From positions 64,001-128,000 of the IMG/VR virus record IMGVR_UViG_3300022745_000020: a stretch of DNA of 64,000 nucleotides. One strand, written 5' to 3'. Shown one piece after another: positions 60,210 through 64,000 of this stretch. The notes beneath the pieces are model-generated. The model worked only from the letters and a program-made list of their open reading frames with translations, had not been told where the DNA came from and made no database searches. Position numbers and translations under genes: made by a program. This stretch comes from a virus. Every line of letters begins with the position of its first letter. Within the stretch, counting starts at the first letter, position 1.

Positions 60210-62792
60210 ATGAGCTACTTCGTCACACAAGCCATCCGAAATATCTGGTGCACTCCAGCTCAAGATGGACAGTATATCTTTAAGATGAAGAGGCAGACTG
60301 GCTATCTGGGTTTTTCCTCTCGCACTGAGGTGATGACCACTGCGATCAATCCCCCAGTGATAGGTACTCGCTTTCACTTGTTCAGCCTGAGCGCAGCATA
60401 CCCGGATCTGTTGTCGATGATAAACTTTCCTCAGCACTGGGTGAAGTTCAGCGACTGCGCCATTCAGACCAGGCGAGTCGTAGATATCTACAATGCACTG
60501 GGTGTGCGTATCCCATTGAGTCATTGTTACTTCACCTACACGACAGAGCGCATGCTGCTGGTGGCTGTGCAGGAGTTGAATATCCTGGGCGTGATGGGCA
60601 ATGATCGACTGTTGAGTCTGCCAGTCGATGATCTGTACATCAGAATCTACAAGAACAGCTATTACAACAGCACTCGCTGGGTCGTGGATCAAACAGCTGC
60701 TCAGCAGAACATCACCAATCCCGTCTATGTCGAAGGTATGGTGGTCAAGACCATCAACGACATCGTAGCCTTGCAAAACAAGATCAGCACGTATGCCAGT
60801 AAACTCGGTAAGAGTCTATTCTTCAAGAATGGTTTCGAAGTACCTAGCCTGACTCTGGTCAATGTCGGTATAGGCGATCAGATCGAATGGGTCTATGATG
60901 CCTCACTGACCACATACGAGGATCTGGGCTATATCGCAGATCTGCCCTCATTCACCTCCAGTCAGGACAATCGAGGTAAATACATCTTGCATATGACTGA
61001 ACATCAAAGCAGCATCATCTACCAAGACGATGTGGTGCTGGTCATGAGAAATGGTGCAGTGGGTATCCAGATCCCGAGAAATGCCACATGGACTCTGAGG
61101 AACTTGACCCATCAGGACTTTGCCCTGCGTGAGGATGTGATCGGCTCTATCTTACAGAGCTTTAGCTCTGGTTGGAGCGCGAGTAACACCAAGATTGGAC
61201 TGTATGCTCGCAAGAGTGGCTATGAGCGTGCACTGGTAGATCAGCACACTCGCATCAAAGAGCTCTATCGCCTCAGCGATGATAAGATCTTAAAGGCCAT
61301 GCAGGGCGTGGACTCCACCGTCTCTACGTGGAGTGCAGATGCGCTAGAGAGCGGAAGCTACGCTAAGATCATGTCCAGTGATTATCGAGACATCACACAC
61401 GCTATGGTGATCGATGCACTCGGATACAATGCGATAGCCAACGATGTGGCCAAGCCCTCTCAGAAGCTGCTGGGTGGATCTACTGTCGTTAACATCCCTT
61501 CGGCCTATCAAGATGAATGCTCCTCATACTGGTACGATGCAGACGGGTATTTGCTGAGCTACCACAATCACAGTGGTGTGACGACGCTACAAGTTGACAA
61601 CTCAGTGCGATATGTGGAATTTGTACGAGAGGCGTACACCGATCGATTTGAGGAGTACTTGAATGTATCGGGCTTGACACTGCGCAGTGATCGGGATTAT
61701 CGGTACTTCATCCGCGAGGCTTCCAGCAATCCCCAGGAACATCTGTGGAGGCAGCTCGATCAGAGTGATCCGCGCATCTCCATCACTGGATCATCCATGA
61801 CCTGGAATGGAGTAAGTGCCATGTATAACACTTTGATCCGCAGCACTCGAGGTGTGGTGATCAATGACTATACGCTACCAATCACAGATGGATTGCTGGC
61901 GTTTAATCTGACTCACAAGGTGGTAGTAGATGGACAGCTCATCTCTAAAGAGTTGGAAGTCCCCCCAGGTGAGCTCGACATCTGGCTCAATGGTCGATAT
62001 CTCATCCGCAATCTAGACTATCACATCAAAGACAACGCGGTGGCGATCTGTGCCAAGCAGTACATCTCCACCGCAGGAGATCAGCATGTAGTCGTCCGCA
62101 TGAAAGGTGTCTGCAATGTCGATATGGATTTCAGAGACAGCAGTGAATACGGCTTCGTTGTCGATGGGGTGTTATCCATCGACAACGAGTTCGACACCCG
62201 AGATGACAAACCCACCACCATCTACATCGGCGGGGGTATGCGCACACGCGACGATGTCACCTACCAAGAAGACAGCTCTGCAGTCTACGTGCCCAACAGC
62301 GCACTCAATGGTAAACCCTATATCACCAAAGACATCTATATCCGACTGAGTGATCTGATCTTGAGTGATACACTCAAGCTAAAGGATCGCTCGGCTGCTC
62401 TGGATAGAGAAATCTCCCAATACCTCAGCGTCCATTTGCCTGCAGCGCCTACTCCACCAGTAGGCACTAAGCAAGCCAATCATCTCCTGTACAGTCCACT
62501 GATCTCCAAGGTGCTCAACGCTGTGGTCAACAAGGTCATCGATAACTCAATCATGACCTCCCAGTACAGTGACAATCAAGTGCTCGATCTGATCTCCCCA
62601 TACATCTACTTGTATGCACTGGATCCCATCCATCCGAACAACAGACTCACTGCTGGATTGGTGGATATCCACCCCACTCACTTGAGCACGGTACTCACAG
62701 TCAACATCTGGCAATACGCATTCGTCAATCGGGTCATCCGTCTGCTGGCCGGAGATCTTGTGACATTGTCCAATCACGTACAGATCTCTTAA
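60210..62792 (+). CDS. Virion structural protein (phiKZ gp27-like)
   Basis: A..NIWC.P.QD.Q, LDIWLNG..LI..LDY, GFV..G.LS.DN..D.RDDK, LYSP.ISK. Confidence 0.6.
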   Translation: MSYFVTQAIRNIWCTPAQDGQYIFKMKRQTGYLGFSSRTEVMTTAINPPVIGTRFHLFSLSAAYPDLLSMINFPQHWVKFSDCAIQTRRVVDIYNALGVRIPLSHCYFTYTTERMLLVAVQELNILGVMGNDRLLSLPVDDLYIRIYKNSYYNSTRWVVDQTAAQQNITNPVYVEGMVVKTINDIVALQNKISTYASKLGKSLFFKNGFEVPSLTLVNVGIGDQIEWVYDASLTTYEDLGYIADLPSFTSSQDNRGKYILHMTEHQSSIIYQDDVVLVMRNGAVGIQIPRNATWTLRNLTHQDFALREDVIGSILQSFSSGWSASNTKIGLYARKSGYERALVDQHTRIKELYRLSDDKILKAMQGVDSTVSTWSADALESGSYAKIMSSDYRDITHAMVIDALGYNAIANDVAKPSQKLLGGSTVVNIPSAYQDECSSYWYDADGYLLSYHNHSGVTTLQVDNSVRYVEFVREAYTDRFEEYLNVSGLTLRSDRDYRYFIREASSNPQEHLWRQLDQSDPRISITGSSMTWNGVSAMYNTLIRSTRGVVINDYTLPITDGLLAFNLTHKVVVDGQLISKELEVPPGELDIWLNGRYLIRNLDYHIKDNAVAICAKQYISTAGDQHVVVRMKGVCNVDMDFRDSSEYGFVVDGVLSIDNEFDTRDDKPTTIYIGGGMRTRDDVTYQEDSSAVYVPNSALNGKPYITKDIYIRLSDLILSDTLKLKDRSAALDREISQYLSVHLPAAPTPPVGTKQANHLLYSPLISKVLNAVVNKVIDNSIMTSQYSDNQVLDLISPYIYLYALDPIHPNNRLTAGLVDIHPTHLSTVLTVNIWQYAFVNRVIRLLAGDLVTLSNHVQIS

Positions 62793-62805
62793 AGAAGGAG
62801 TATAT

Positions 62806-64000
62806 ATGCTCAATCCCATCAACGTGGGAGGTGTGGTCGGCACCGATAATGTGCAGCCCATCTACAACCCCAGTGCCCTGTGGCAAGAGTGGAACATCAA
62901 CGACATCTACCTCGGGGGAGTCGGTGCTAATAAACACGTCCCCAAGATCGGCGATGTGGTGGTCACCATCGCAGGAGCTCAGATCACCCGTCAGATCGTC
63001 ACCGATATCAACCCCACGACACTGGTGCCTACTCTGCACGAGGAGCTCCAAGGAGCACTGTCTGGCGATATGCCCGATGTGGACCTCCTGCTCAGTGTGA
63101 GTGTACCCCGGTACAGCGACACCTATCGAATGCTCATCGATAAGAGCGTGCAGCCCCATCGCATCTTGGTCGATGAGCGCTGTCGCATCGGTGTGGTCAA
63201 CGCCACCGGGGTGAAGATCTATCGTGGCTCAGACATCTCATCGAGTGGCCAAGTCATCAGCCAGACCTATGACGCCAGTGGGAATTACACGGGTGACACG
63301 CTGGGCTTGAGTACTCTGGCTATGGAGAACTTGAGTAACATCGCCATCAAGAGTGTGGCCGAGGGCTACACCACAGCCAACTTACAAAACAACGAGCTGG
63401 TCACAGCTGTAGTCTATGCAGCCAATAGCTCTGTGGTGAGCTATCGACAGCTCCTGGTGGAAAATACCAGCTACATCAAGCCCGTGGGAGCTCCCACGAA
63501 ATCCATCGTCGGCATCACCTTAGAGAGCCCATTCCTGTCTACGACCGATCAGGGACTGATCGAGGTACCGTATAACCTACCAGTGGCCAGTCTGGATATG
63601 GTGGGGGTCGTGCATTACTCCAATGGAGATAGCGTACGTTATCCGGCCGATGGGGTGAAGTTCACCCTCTATGGACTCGATGAATACGTCAGCACGCAGA
63701 GTGGTCAGATTCTCTACCCCGTACTCAAGTACACGCTTGACTCCACCGAGCGCAGTATCGTCTCTGCGGCTGCTGATGGAAAATCCATCACCAAGGCCTA
63801 TCGCATCAAGACCCTGTCCGCTGATGGGACTTACGGGGTCAAACTCTATCCATATCCAGTCTGGGTGGACTTTGTCAACGGCTGGAGACTGCGCTGGTTC
63901 TTGCTGAACCTGTCTCGCAACATCTGGTATGATGTCACCTCCCATGTGATCATCAATGCTGACTATGCACCGTACAACCCGATTGCATATGGTCAGGTGC
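62806..64000 (+). CDS. Virion structural protein (phiKZ gp26-like), 3'-truncated, not in ORF track
   Basis: RBS aaggag; MLNPINVGGVVGTDNVQPIYNPSALWQEWNINDIYLG...HVPKIGD; frame open to the window end. Confidence 0.65.
   Translation, partial: MLNPINVGGVVGTDNVQPIYNPSALWQEWNINDIYLGGVGANKHVPKIGDVVVTIAGAQITRQIVTDINPTTLVPTLHEELQGALSGDMPDVDLLLSVSVPRYSDTYRMLIDKSVQPHRILVDERCRIGVVNATGVKIYRGSDISSSGQVISQTYDASGNYTGDTLGLSTLAMENLSNIAIKSVAEGYTTANLQNNELVTAVVYAANSSVVSYRQLLVENTSYIKPVGAPTKSIVGITLESPFLSTTDQGLIEVPYNLPVASLDMVGVVHYSNGDSVRYPADGVKFTLYGLDEYVSTQSGQILYPVLKYTLDSTERSIVSAAADGKSITKAYRIKTLSADGTYGVKLYPYPVWVDFVNGWRLRWFLLNLSRNIWYDVTSHVIINADYAPYNPIAYGQV

Noticed and set aside
1-64000. Genome-wide stop-codon reassignment (code 15 or code 4)
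   Set aside because: Core genes up to 2531 aa are intact under the standard code and TGA/TAA terminate genes normally

Overview
This window is a 64-kb segment of a phiKZ/SPN3US-like jumbo myophage genome (Chimalliviridae-type), not a cellular chromosome. Homology calls come from recognised motifs and remembered gene order, not database searches, and gp numbers are from memory. Left to right it holds: a receptor-binding/depolymerase cluster (GH clan-A hydrolase, tail-fibre-like proteins, polysaccharide lyase; 1-6154); baseplate/virion genes; a probable spanin pair; RNase H; UvsX/RecA; four pieces of the split virion RNA polymerase (beta-C, beta'-N/M with the catalytic DxDGD, beta-N, beta'-C); a 2531-aa tape measure carrying both an M15 peptidase and a lytic transglycosylase; a ~13-kb island of small early ORFs driven by a repeated promoter; prohead protease; tail tube and sheath; and three conserved virion genes, the last running off the end. 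About 20 long intergenic inverted repeats punctuate the window. The best leads are a structured-RNA candidate with a mini-ORF at ~54.9-55.2 kb, four cryptic paralogous helical proteins at 46.3-47.9 kb, a cassette-like promoter/hairpin architecture in the early island, and two neighbouring in-frame TAG codons where TAG is otherwise unused as a stop. No tRNA, rRNA, CRISPR array, intron or IS was seen.
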